This document shows positions 34,403 to 44,586 of a stretch of 64,000 nt of DNA, in pieces. The stretch comes from an uncultured delta proteobacterium (lineage in GTDB: Bacteria; Desulfobacterota; Desulfobacteria; Desulfobacterales; QNYZ01), in contig CAWANO010000001.1 of the NCBI GenBank assembly GCA_963783425.1, positions 3,375 through 67,374 of the forward strand. Direction: 5' to 3'. Positions within the stretch are counted from its first letter, which is position 1, and each line of letters begins with the position of its first letter. Position numbers and translations under genes: made by a program. The notes beneath the pieces were generated by a model. The model saw only the letters and a list, made by a program, of their open reading frames with translations. It ran no database searches and was not told the DNA's origin.

Positions 34403-35824
34403 TTACTTTTTTAAGGGGCGATAGAAGGAGGTGGCGTTGCCGTGCAGGGTTTGGGCGGCTTCCATCAGCGTTTCAGACAGGGTGGGGTGGGGATGGATTG
34501 AGAGTCCCAGATCGGTTGCGTTGGCCCCCATTTCGATCGCCAGGACACCCTCGGCGATCAATTCTCCGGCGCTCGGACCGACGATCCCCACGCCCAAAAT
34601 TCGTTCGCTCCGCTCGTCCACCAGCAGTTTGGTCAACCCGTCGCTGCGGCCCAAGGTCGCCGCCCGGCCCGAGGCGCCCCAGGGGAAACGGGTGGCGATG
34701 TAGTCGACGCCTCTTTTTTTGGCTTCCGTTTCGGTCAGCCCCGCCCAGGCGATTTCAGGGTCGGTAAAGACCACTGCCGGGATCGCGGCCGGTTCGAAGC
34801 CTACCTTACGGCCGGTAATGACCTCAGCCGCCACCCGACCTTCGTGGATGGCTTTGTGGGCCAGCATCGGCTCTCCAACCACATCACCCACGGCAAAAAT
34901 CGACTGGGCGCTGGTCTGCTGCCGGTGATCCACCTGTATGAATCCTCTTTCATCAACGTCGATCTGCGCCTTTTCAAGACCCAGGTCGGCGGTGTTGGGG
35001 GTGCGGCCCACCGCCACCAGGGCTTGATCGAAAATGCGCGTCTGCTCTTTTTCCTGAGGGTCACTGAGCACGACGCGCAGGCCGTTTTTTTGTACTTTCA
35101 TGGTTTTGACCGTGGTCTCGAGCAGCACGCCCTCAAATAGACCGTCGATCCGCTTTTTCAACACCCGCACCAGATCGCGGTCGACTCCCGGCAGCAAGCC
35201 GCCGGTCATCTCTACCAGGGTTACACGGCTGCCGAGAGCGGCGTAAATGGTACCCATCTCCAAGCCGATGTAACCGCCGCCCACCACCAGCAGCTTGGGG
35301 GGTACGCTTCGGACCTCGAGTGCATCGGAGGCCTTCATCAACCGCTCGCTTTCGAGCATCGCGCCCGGCAGGCTGGCAGCTTTGGAGCCGGTTGCGATGA
35401 TGGCTTTCTCAAAAGAGACCTTTTGCGTATCGCCTCCCTTGGGGTTGACTCGTAGCGAATGCTGGTCGGAAAAAGCGGCGGTGCCGCGAATGTATGCCAC
35501 ACGCCGCTGTTTGGCCAGTTGCCCCAGCCCTCCGGTGAGCTGGGCCACCACGTCGTTTTTCCACCGGCCTAATTTGGCGCTGTCGATTTGCGGCGATTGA
35601 AAGGTGACGCCCTGCTCACCGGCCTGCTGGGAGGCAAGGATCAGTCCGGCGATGTGCAGCAGTGCTTTAGAGGGGATGCAGCCGCGGTACAAACAGACTC
35701 CGCCGGGGTTGGGCTCGGGATCGATCAAGGTCACTTTAAGTCCCAGGTCGGCAGCCATGAATGCCGCTGCGTAGCCTCCCGGTCCGGCGCCAATTACGGC
35801 CAATTGGGTATCAAGCTCTTTCAT
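34403..35824 (-). CDS. lpdA: Dihydrolipoyl dehydrogenase (E3)
   Basis: GAGPGGY FAD motif; redox-active GGVCLYRGCIPSK; C-terminal HPHPTLSE. Confidence 0.95.
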   Translation of the reverse strand: MKELDTQLAVIGAGPGGYAAAFMAADLGLKVTLIDPEPNPGGVCLYRGCIPSKALLHIAGLILASQQAGEQGVTFQSPQIDSAKLGRWKNDVVAQLTGGLGQLAKQRRVAYIRGTAAFSDQHSLRVNPKGGDTQKVSFEKAIIATGSKAASLPGAMLESERLMKASDALEVRSVPPKLLVVGGGYIGLEMGTIYAALGSRVTLVEMTGGLLPGVDRDLVRVLKKRIDGLFEGVLLETTVKTMKVQKNGLRVVLSDPQEKEQTRIFDQALVAVGRTPNTADLGLEKAQIDVDERGFIQVDHRQQTSAQSIFAVGDVVGEPMLAHKAIHEGRVAAEVITGRKVGFEPAAIPAVVFTDPEIAWAGLTETEAKKRGVDYIATRFPWGASGRAATLGRSDGLTKLLVDERSERILGVGIVGPSAGELIAEGVLAIEMGANATDLGLSIHPHPTLSETLMEAAQTLHGNATSFYRPLKK

Positions 35825-35930
35825 TTCAACTCCTGGCGTCTTTCAGCGGCGTTCGGTTGTCACTTTGCTCGCGCGCTGTTTTGTTTTCATTGCCACTGCG
35901 CTTGTACAACGCCTGGCGCATCGCTCTCTA

Positions 35931-37337
35931 TTAGTCGAGATGCAGGGTCAAGGGGTGTTCCAAACACTCCCGCAACCAGCCAGCAAAACGCGCCGCGTCG
36001 GCGCCGTCGACGATGCGGTGGTCATAAGTAAGGGCGATGGGCAGCATCGCGCGGGGCTGGAATTCTCCGTTGATATAGCGGGGTTTTGTCACCGTCCGGC
36101 TGACGCCTAATATGGCTGTCTGGGGCCATAAAACCACCGGCGTGAATCCCTTGCCGCCGATCCCCCCCTGGTTGGAGATGGTGAAAGTACCTCCCTCCAT
36201 CTCGTCGGGCTTGATTTTTTTGTTGCGGGTGCGCTGGGCCAGGTCAACAATCTCAATGGCCAGTTCGAGGATGGATTTGCGATCGACATCACGCACCACC
36301 GGCACGAGCAGTCCCCGCTGGGTGTCCACGGCCATGCCGATGTGAACGTACTTCTTCAGGATCATCCGGTTGTCAGCCAGATCGATGCTGGCGTTAAAGT
36401 GCGGAAATCTCAGAAGCGCCAGGGCGCAGATCTTCATCAGTACGGCAGTCAGGGTCAGTTTGCCCCCCTGGTCGGCCACTTTGTCGGAATGGCGGTTGAT
36501 GAACGCCTCAACCGCCGTGATATCCGCCTCCTCGAATTGGGTCACCGGCACCACGGTTTGATGTGAGAAGCTCACGCTCTCGGCCGTCAGGCGGCGCACC
36601 GCGCTTAGCTCCTGCACTTCCACCTCTCCCCAGCGGCTGAAATCGGGCATGGCCGACCCATTGCCGGACGGTGCGGCCAGTGCCGCTTCGCCGCCCTGGT
36701 TACGGTCGTTTTGGTGCTGTTTGACATAAGTCTTGACATCGTCCGCGCTGATCCGTCGATCCGGTCCTGCCGTCGTGACCTCATGGATGTCAACGCCCAG
36801 CTCCCGGGCTAGCCGACGTACCGATGGCGAGGCTGGCACCGGGGGCGGTGTCTTCTTTTTTTCTTCGGTATGGGACCGCTCCCGGCCGGACTCTTCGGCA
36901 CCATATTGTTCGGGCGTTTTGTCGCCGTGCTGGCGGGTATCCTGCTTGCTTTCTTTTGCTGTGTCGGCCTCACTTTTCCGCGCTTCGCGGGTCTCCTCGC
37001 TCCTGGACGGCTCGCTCTCCGCGGCAAGCTCTTCTGCTTTTTCGGTCTCTTCTTGTTGCGGTTGCTCCTGCGGCGCTTCTTTTTCCGGCTGTTCCTCCGC
37101 ATCGGTCTCGAGTTTGGCGACAGCGTCGCCTACATTCAGCTCGTCGCCCGCCTTGACCAAAACTTCCGTGATTTTGCCGGCGAAGGGTGAGGGGATCTCC
37201 ACCACCGCTTTTTCGGTTTCAAACTCGATAACAGGGTCATCCACGGCCACCATTTGGCCGGGCTCGACCAGTACCTCAACCACGCTGCCGGAGGTGACGT
37301 TTTCACTGATTTCGGGAATAGTAATCTCTTTTATCAT
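35931..37337 (-). CDS. aceF: Dihydrolipoamide acetyltransferase (E2), one lipoyl domain and a long acidic linker
   Basis: Lipoyl-lysine context FETEKAVVEIPS; E3-binding PSVRRLARELGVD; catalytic YDHRIVDGA. Confidence 0.9.
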   Translation of the reverse strand: MIKEITIPEISENVTSGSVVEVLVEPGQMVAVDDPVIEFETEKAVVEIPSPFAGKITEVLVKAGDELNVGDAVAKLETDAEEQPEKEAPQEQPQQEETEKAEELAAESEPSRSEETREARKSEADTAKESKQDTRQHGDKTPEQYGAEESGRERSHTEEKKKTPPPVPASPSVRRLARELGVDIHEVTTAGPDRRISADDVKTYVKQHQNDRNQGGEAALAAPSGNGSAMPDFSRWGEVEVQELSAVRRLTAESVSFSHQTVVPVTQFEEADITAVEAFINRHSDKVADQGGKLTLTAVLMKICALALLRFPHFNASIDLADNRMILKKYVHIGMAVDTQRGLLVPVVRDVDRKSILELAIEIVDLAQRTRNKKIKPDEMEGGTFTISNQGGIGGKGFTPVVLWPQTAILGVSRTVTKPRYINGEFQPRAMLPIALTYDHRIVDGADAARFAGWLRECLEHPLTLHLD

Positions 37338-37351
37338 GGCTACTCCTCACC

Positions 37352-40030
37352 TTACTCAAACAGAGGGTTTGGCTTGTGCGGATCGATTTCAAGTTTTTGG
37401 GCCGCTGATTCAACCACTGAAAGTTTCACCCGCTTCTCACGCGCCAGGGCCACCAGGGCCGCATAGGCGATGTGCCGCGCATCCACTTCAAAAAAATCTC
37501 GCAGGGCCGTGCGGGTCTCACTGCGGCCGTATCCGTCCGTGCCGAGCAGCACCGTCCTGCCCGGTAGCCATTTGGCGATGATCGCCGGAAGCGCTTTGAG
37601 ATAGTCGCTGACGGCGACAAAGACCCCCTTTTCCTTTTCCAGTACTTGCTGCAGAAAAGGTGTGCGCGGATCCTTCTGGGGGTTGCGCAGGTTACGACGT
37701 TCGGTCTCTATCGCCTCCCAATAGAGGTTTTTATAGCTGGTGACGCTCCAGACATCGGCGGCTGTTTCGAACTGCTCTTCGAGCAGTTTTTGAGCAGCCA
37801 GGGCCTCGTTGACAATAGCGCCGCTGGCGAAAAGGTGAGCCTTGATCTTGGCACGGGAGTTGGCTGAGGCCCGGTATTTATAGAGCCCTTTTAAAATGCC
37901 CTCCTCGGCCCCTTCTGGCATGGGCGGCATGCGGTAGAATTCGTTCATTACGGTTAAGTAGTAAATTACATCCTCTTCTTCGACGAGCATGCGCCGCAAG
38001 CCTTCACGCACGATTACGGCCACTTCGTAGGCGAAGGCCGGATCGTAGCAGCGAACCGCAGGGTTGGCCAAGGCCAAAACATGGCTGTGGCCGTCCTGGT
38101 GTTGCAGGCCTTCCCCAGCCAAAGTTGTGCGGCCGGCGGTGCCGCCCAACAGAAAACCGCGTGTCCGTGAATCTCCCGCGGCCCAGATGAAGTCACCGAT
38201 GCGCTGAAAGCCGAACATCGAATAGAAGAAGAAAAAGGGGATCATCTGGATGCCGTAAGTCGAATATGCCGTACCGGCGGCGATGAAGGAAGAGATCGAA
38301 CCGGCCTCTGTAATGCCCTCTTCAAGTATTTGTCCGTCGGTGGCCTCTTTGTAGTAGAGCAGGCTGTCTTTGTCCACCGGATCGTACTTTTGTCCCTGAT
38401 GCGAGTAAATACCGAACTTGCGAAAGAGTGCCTCCATCCCAAAAGTACGCGCTTCGTCCGGTATGATGGGCACGATCTGCTTGCCCAACGCTTTATCCTT
38501 GAGCAGTTTGCCCAGTAGGTGGACCATGGCCATTGTGGTAGCCACTTCGCGATCTCCGGAGCCCTTGGTCAGTTCGGAAAAGATCTCATCCGACGGCATA
38601 TCAATCTTGGCTGCGACGGTTCGTCGTTCAGGAACGGAACCGCCCAGCTCAGTTCGGCGTTGATTGAGATAGGCGATCTCTTCACTTTCAGCCACCGGGC
38701 GGTAGAAGGGGGCCTCCTTGATATCCGCGTCGGAAATCGGAATGCCGAAGCGGCTGCGAAAATGCCGAAGTTCGCGCTCATTAAGCTTTTTCTGTTGATG
38801 CGTGACATTGCGCCCTTCACCGGCCTCACCCAGACCATATCCCTTGATGGTCTTGGCCAGAATCACGGTAGGAGAGCCCTTGTGGTTTACAGCGGCGTGG
38901 TATGCGGCGTAGACCTTTTCGGGATCATGTCCGCCTCGTCGCAGCTTCCACAGCTGTTCGTCGGTATAGTGGCGAACCATCTGTTCGAGTTCCGGGTGCT
39001 TACCAAAAAAATCGCGGCGGATGACATCTCCGCCGGAAGCCGAATAGAGCTGATACTGGCCGTCGGGCACCTCTTCCATGCGCTGCACCAGCAATCCTTT
39101 ATCATCTCGCGCCAGCAGCTGATCCCAGTCGCTGCCCCAGATCACCTTGATCACGTTCCAGCCGGCACCCCTAAAGGCCGCTTCCAGTTCCTGGATGATC
39201 TTTCCGTTGCCGCGCACGGGGCCGTCCAGGCGCTGCAGGTTACAGTTGACCACGAAGATCAGGTTGTCGAGGTTTTCGCGTGCCGCCAGGGTGATCGCGC
39301 CCAAAGATTCGGGTTCGTCCAACTCGCCGTCACCGAGGAAGGCCCATACCTTTCGGTCGTCCCCTTCCTTGAGTTTGCGATTCTCCAGGTAGCGACTGAA
39401 GCGAGCCTGGTAGATCGACATAATCGGCGACAGCCCCATAGAGACGGTGGGGAATTGCCAAAACTCGGGCATCAGATGAGGGTGAGGGTAGGAGGGCAGA
39501 CCACCGCCAGGCTGGAGCTCCTGCCGAAAGTTCTCCAACTGCTTGGCGCTGATGCGACCTTCCACAAAAGCGCGGGCATAAACACCGGGAGCGGCGTGTC
39601 CCTGGAAATAGACCAAATCGCCCGGTTGGTCGTCTGTGGCGGCCCGGAAAAAATGGTTAAAACCGACCTCGTAAAGGGTCGCGCAGCTAGCGTAGGTGGA
39701 GATATGACCGCCAATACCTTCATTTCGGCGGTTAGCGCGCAAAACCATGGCCATAGCGTTCCAGCGCACGATGCTCTTGATGCGACGCTCGATTTCGCGG
39801 CTGCCCGGAAAGACGGCCTGCCGTTCTGCGGGGATCGTATTGACATAGGGCGTGGTGAACGAGCACTCGCCACCGACACCATATTCAGCGGCCTGAAGCT
39901 GCAGCCGACGCAACAGTTCGCGCACCCGTTCGGGGCCTTGGCTTTGGTGGACATAATCCAGGGAGTCGCGCCATTCCCGATTCTCTTGTTCGATCTGCCG
40001 GTTGCCGCTTTCTCTTTTTTCAGTTGCCAT
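37352..40030 (-). CDS. aceE: Pyruvate dehydrogenase E1 component, homodimeric type (892 aa)
   Basis: Length and motifs are typical of AceE (GGHISTYAS..., GDGELDEPES...). Confidence 0.9.
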   Translation of the reverse strand: MATEKRESGNRQIEQENREWRDSLDYVHQSQGPERVRELLRRLQLQAAEYGVGGECSFTTPYVNTIPAERQAVFPGSREIERRIKSIVRWNAMAMVLRANRRNEGIGGHISTYASCATLYEVGFNHFFRAATDDQPGDLVYFQGHAAPGVYARAFVEGRISAKQLENFRQELQPGGGLPSYPHPHLMPEFWQFPTVSMGLSPIMSIYQARFSRYLENRKLKEGDDRKVWAFLGDGELDEPESLGAITLAARENLDNLIFVVNCNLQRLDGPVRGNGKIIQELEAAFRGAGWNVIKVIWGSDWDQLLARDDKGLLVQRMEEVPDGQYQLYSASGGDVIRRDFFGKHPELEQMVRHYTDEQLWKLRRGGHDPEKVYAAYHAAVNHKGSPTVILAKTIKGYGLGEAGEGRNVTHQQKKLNERELRHFRSRFGIPISDADIKEAPFYRPVAESEEIAYLNQRRTELGGSVPERRTVAAKIDMPSDEIFSELTKGSGDREVATTMAMVHLLGKLLKDKALGKQIVPIIPDEARTFGMEALFRKFGIYSHQGQKYDPVDKDSLLYYKEATDGQILEEGITEAGSISSFIAAGTAYSTYGIQMIPFFFFYSMFGFQRIGDFIWAAGDSRTRGFLLGGTAGRTTLAGEGLQHQDGHSHVLALANPAVRCYDPAFAYEVAVIVREGLRRMLVEEEDVIYYLTVMNEFYRMPPMPEGAEEGILKGLYKYRASANSRAKIKAHLFASGAIVNEALAAQKLLEEQFETAADVWSVTSYKNLYWEAIETERRNLRNPQKDPRTPFLQQVLEKEKGVFVAVSDYLKALPAIIAKWLPGRTVLLGTDGYGRSETRTALRDFFEVDARHIAYAALVALAREKRVKLSVVESAAQKLEIDPHKPNPLFE

Positions 40031-40102
40031 AGAGAGAGGTCTTTCATGAAGGGTCAGTGCGTTATGAGGATACCGGCAGGGCTCGCCGTCTTACTGAAAG
40101 CG

Positions 40103-40435
40103 TCAGATCCGACCGCCGCGGCCGTCGTCGCAAGGTTGATCGGAATCGTCAAACCGTTGGTGTTCTGCCCATTCCGGCGCCTTGGTGCAAACATCGGGTT
40201 CAGCGGGCGAGGCTGGGTTTTGCTCGGACAGGCCATCGAGTACCGCCGCATCGGTGAGAACAACGCCGGCCCCTTGCATCTGCTCGATGGCGGTAGAAAT
40301 ATTCTTGGCACTCACCGGTCGTGTGGCCTCGGTGATCAGAACCACCTTGAAGCCTGCCGCCACGGCATCCATAGCCGATTCGAGCACGCAAACATCCAGT
40401 GCCAGCCCGCCTCGAAGTGGCTTTATCTCACTCAT
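40103..40435 (-). pseudogene. Isochorismatase/nicotinamidase-family C-terminal fragment
   Basis: GLALDVCVLESAMDAVAAGFKVVLITEATRPV matches the last third of the family. The N-terminal two-thirds are missing. Confidence 0.6.
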
Positions 40436-40805
40436 TACGCATTCCTTTCGAGCAGCAGGCTCACCGCCGTTCGGGGTGAGGGTGTTTCGGCGAGTCGTGT
40501 CTGCCTAAATTGTGCCACAGCGCATCTGTCACTTATCACTATAGCAGTCTTGGCGACTTCTTTAAACCTCAATGGTTGTCGATGCCGTTTCAGGGTCGCT
40601 CATTCTCAACGTTTAAGAAGCCTGGGCATTGTTGCGCGTGGCCGAATTCCAACCCAATCATGGTGGCGGAGAGAATATCGATCAGCTGTCGGTGGGGTTA
40701 TTTCCAGCACCGAAGATCCGGCAGTTTTGGTAATCTCCCTCAACTACTGTAGGTTGGTCGTGAAGGTTCGCTTTCCAATGGTTAATTGCCGGGTTAATAT
40801 AAACC

Positions 40806-41878
40806 TTCATTAAGGCCCCTTTCCATGTCCACCCGCGCTATTTCATTCCCGAAGAAGAAAAAGATCGCCTTCGAAGTGGTGCGCTACGACCACTTTGAAA
40901 AAGGGGGCGTGTTTGCCGCCCAGGCGATCGGTTTCGAGCTGGAGAGAACCATCAAGACCCTGGTGGTAACGGCGGAATCAGGGGAGTATGCCCTGGCGCT
41001 GGTACCGGGCAGCGGCCAGTTGGCCCCAAGCATATGGTACGAGCCATGGGCGCCAATCAGATCACCATGGCGGATGCATCCTCAGCCGAACGCCAAAGCG
41101 GATACAAAGTCGGCGGCATCAGCCCTTTTGCCACCCTGCGGCGGATGCCGGTGGTGATGGATACCGAATTGCTTTGTTATGACCGGGTGGCCATCAATGC
41201 CGGGCAGCGTGGGGTGATGTTGGTTATGGCGCCGGGGGATATTCAACAGGCGCTGGGAGCTGCAAAAGCATCGCTCACGGCTTGAATCCTATCTTGGGTG
41301 TTTCCATTTATCATTTATCGATTGCGACGTCTGGTTCTGGAAATCCAAAGGTGAGCGTTACTTTCACTTCTATCAGGCATCGTCTACGGAAGAGGACTTA
41401 TCCACACCGCGTAGCAGTCCGCTTTCGCCGGCGATCCAGACTAGCAGGCGACCGATGGGGCTGAGTAGTTCCCGCAATTTCATCACCTGAGTTACCAGAC
41501 CGGGTTCGTCGCTAATAATGCCATCTACGCCGCGGCTCATCATAACCGACATCTGAATGGGGTCATTGATGGTCCAGACGTAGATTTTCATTCCCTGTTT
41601 GTGAGCGGAATGGATCATGGCCCGGGAGGCCGCCACCGCATTGAGTGCCAGAAAGTCAAGATCGAGGTGGGTCAGGTCCCCGATGCTGGCGGTGTTCAGC
41701 AAGCCGTGCGGCCAATCCGGTCTGAGCGCGGCAGATTTTTGCAGGCCGGGCAGTTTGAGAGACATGATTTTTACGTTGGCCGCCATTGCCGTCTCTTCCA
41801 CCACATCCACCACACGCGATTCCAGGTTGCGGTCATGCCCGTAATATTTAAGTTCGATGACCACCCCCAACTTGCCCT
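40806..41878. repeat. Segmental duplicate B (frameshifted ybaK + 3' part of glycerophosphodiesterase gene)
   Basis: Colinear with 32826-33655; long stretches are nearly identical (e.g. GAACGCCAAAGCGGATACAAAGTCGGCGGCATCAGCCC...). Confidence 0.85.
40825..41285 (+). pseudogene. ybaK paralog with a 1-nt frameshift (ORFs 40825..41157 and 41034..41285)
   Basis: The N-terminal 60 aa and C-terminal 70 aa match the 32845 copy. The frame changes near 41025-41035 (GGCCCCAAGC versus TCCCTCAAGC in copy A). Confidence 0.75.
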
Positions 41879-43276
41879 TGGCCAAGTTCGAGCGCCTCTC
41901 GAAGTGTGGGCACCCGCTGGTCGTAAAAGTCTTTCCCAAACCAGCTGCCGATATCGATGTTGCGCAATTTGTCGCCGGTTGCCGCCCAGACTTTCGTGCC
42001 ATTTCCGGCCACTTTCATAAAGTCGCTGTCGTGGGCAACCACCACGATGTCGTCGGCACTTTCCTGCACATCCAGCTCGATCCAGTCAGCTTTGTCTTCA
42101 ATGGCGCGGTGAAAGGCCGCCATCGTGTTCTCTGGTGCAGCCCCCGAGGCGCCGCGATGGGCGATTATTTCCACAGGCACCTCACTGCCCATGCTCCTTG
42201 ACGCCAGGTATCCACCGATCATCATCAGTAACAGGGCCGTGCCCCCCAGCCAGAGAAGCGATTTTCCCGGAATCGAATGGGAATCCTTTTCCCCCAATGA
42301 TCCACGTGGGACAAGCTCTGGATCGAATCGGCCCGGCCCGGCGATCAAGCGAAAAAGCCGGACTGTGTACAGGGCGAACATTACGTGTAATAATGTTCAA
42401 CCCGAGATACGCGCCCCCGGATAAAACCAGGGTAGCGCCGAAGCCAGCCGCCACCCATGTCAGATTTGTGCTGATGTCGGGGATCAGGACGGCACCTACC
42501 AGGTTAACCATGTAAGTGATCAAAAAGCATAGCAGTAATATTCCGGCCAACCACGAGGCGAGCAGGGAGGCGATTTTCCATCGGTAGGGTGCGGTGTCGG
42601 CTTTGCTCTGCTGCAACGCCTGCCGGCCGTGTTTTTCCTCGAACAGAACCAAGGACAGGGACAGGATCCAGCCGGCGAACAACCTCAGCATAACGATTGC
42701 CATTGTGGCAAGGATAACAGATGCCCAAGCCACTGCCCACCACCACTCCGGCGGTTTATCCGCCAGGTAGAAATTGATGTCATGCTCTGTTAGAAAAATC
42801 AGGTAAACACAACCCACACCCACCAGGAAAGGAATTACCGTCAGCAGTAATCGAAGGAGAACATGCCCGGCCAGCGTCACCATCTTGTAGGCATGTTTGC
42901 CGACATACAGCACGGCATCCAGCCAAGTCACCCGGCGTTGCTCAGCGGCACCGAACCCGATGACCATCAGAAAACCCTGTTCGATGAAGAGCATCCCTAA
43001 GGACACCGTACCGATGACCATCAGCGCTGCCATACCGGTGGGATGCAACAAAAACATACGAATATCCGCATCGGCCAGCACACCGTCTTGCGTCCGGTCA
43101 AGGAATACCTTGAGCAGAACACCCACCAGGGGGGTCAGCACCAATATGCCAATTGCCAGTGACAATAGGTGCGTGATCAGCAGTTGCGGCCAGGCTTGCC
43201 GGAAATCACGGAATGCTCCAAGCAATTGACGCCATTCCGGACTGGGACGGTTCATATTCGATTCATACCTTATCAC
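41373..43276 (-). pseudogene. Membrane-anchored glycerophosphodiester phosphodiesterase, split into three frames
   Basis: Membrane domain (42182..43276), GDPD catalytic part with IAHRGASGAAPENT (41848..42381), and C-terminal part (41373..42002). Frame changes fall near 42381-42400 and 41881-41890. Confidence 0.75.
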
Positions 43277-43488
43277 GCCTTATAGAGAGTCAAATCGACT
43301 ATTTGGGGATCTCCTGTCAGAAGATTTCCCCTGAAGTTGGGGCCTACGCCAGAAATTTCCACTCAAATCCATATATTGTGTTCAGCCGAAACGCCGCATG
43401 TATAGTCGAGCCATTTTTTGTGTCACGAGCCTGTTTCGCCATAGAATAGCTGACAAACAATAATCTGCCAACCCTTTGGGTCGTTCAT

Positions 43489-43680
43489 TCAGCGTTTCTT
43501 CCCCTCAGCTTTCATGCCGTCCAAAACCTTGCGCATGCGGTTGTATTCGGCCCGCTTCTTACGTAATGCATCCCGCACAGGCGCCTGCTTTTCAAAGGGC
43601 ATCTGAGCCAACTTATTTTCCAACCGTGCCACTTCCCGCTGCAGGGCGTAGAGTTCGGTGGCGATCATGCGGATGGCCAT
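43489..43680 (-). CDS. Small coiled-coil protein (63 aa), hypothetical
   Basis: Heptad-like, K/R-rich C-terminus; downstream of the thioesterase on the same strand. Confidence 0.4.
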   Translation of the reverse strand: MAIRMIATELYALQREVARLENKLAQMPFEKQAPVRDALRKKRAEYNRMRKVLDGMKAEGKKR

Positions 43681-43729
43681 GGGTAGCCTCCAGTGGGTCA
43701 GTCGGCCGGTGGGCCAGTGGGACAGAGGG

Positions 43730-44164
43730 TCAACCGGGGATTGCTGCGGTCAGCGTTTTGCGGATGTCCGGCGGAATCGAAATGGCCCGGAATCGTTGGG
43801 CATCGGACACATCAATACAGATGCGCTCTTCACGGCCCTCCACCATCAGGTGGCCATCGCTGCCATCCTCAATGCGGTGGCCAAGTGTCAATGTTTTGTC
43901 GGCCACCTCAGTCAGCTTGGTGATGATGCGGATCTGCTGCTGGTAGCGCCCCGGCTGGCGGTATCGGCAACCGCTATGGACCAGACCGAACTGGATGTGG
44001 CGATCATGCCACAAGGTGTTTAAGTTGAGCCCGAGCTGATCGAAAAAGGCGTGGGCGGCCGCGTCGATCCACTCATAATAGCGCGGGTAAAAGACGATGC
44101 CCAGCGCATCCAGGTCGCCCCACTGCACGATGCGCTCGACACGACCGTGAACCACCGCGCCCAT
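43730..44164 (-). CDS. Acyl-CoA thioesterase, 4HBT (hotdog) family; an alternative TTG start at 44170 overlaps the TIR stop
   Basis: ...DLDALGIVFYPRYYEWIDAAAHAFF... pattern typical of YbgC/4HBT thioesterases. Confidence 0.7.
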   Translation of the reverse strand: MGAVVHGRVERIVQWGDLDALGIVFYPRYYEWIDAAAHAFFDQLGLNLNTLWHDRHIQFGLVHSGCRYRQPGRYQQQIRIITKLTEVADKTLTLGHRIEDGSDGHLMVEGREERICIDVSDAQRFRAISIPPDIRKTLTAAIPG

Positions 44165-44166
44165 GG

Positions 44167-44586
44167 TCAACGCTCCTTGCGCAGGGCTTTGAGCAGACGG
44201 GGATAGTTCTTGTCCCAGCGATCCTTCGAGCTCAAATCGGCATAGGCGCGCGTGCCCAGCTCGGTGGGGATTTCGCCGCCGCGTTCGAGGCGCACCGGGA
44301 TGATGTACCAGGCCTGGCTTTGGCTTTCGCGCAGCATGGCCATGCGCAGCTCTTTTTTGACCCAGGAGGTGGGCGGCTTCTCTTCAAAACTGGGGCTGAG
44401 GCAAACAATGATATGGTCCGCCGCCTCGATGCCCGATTTCATCCTTTCCACCATGTCATCACCGGGCAGAATCTCATCCTCGTCGAACCACACGGTGATG
44501 TCCCTTTCCCGCTTGAGCGCCGCTACAAGCTCGGCGGCTTTGTCACGGTCCTGGCTGGAATAGGAGACGAAGACGCGAATCGTCAT
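44167..44586 (-). CDS. Standalone TIR-domain protein (139 aa)
   Basis: VFVSYSSQD N-terminal strand motif. ...IVCLSPSF...TSWVKKE(79)L... matches the S-x-W-x-x-E catalytic-glutamate context of TIR NADases. Confidence 0.75.
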   Translation of the reverse strand: MTIRVFVSYSSQDRDKAAELVAALKRERDITVWFDEDEILPGDDMVERMKSGIEAADHIIVCLSPSFEEKPPTSWVKKELRMAMLRESQSQAWYIIPVRLERGGEIPTELGTRAYADLSSKDRWDKNYPRLLKALRKER

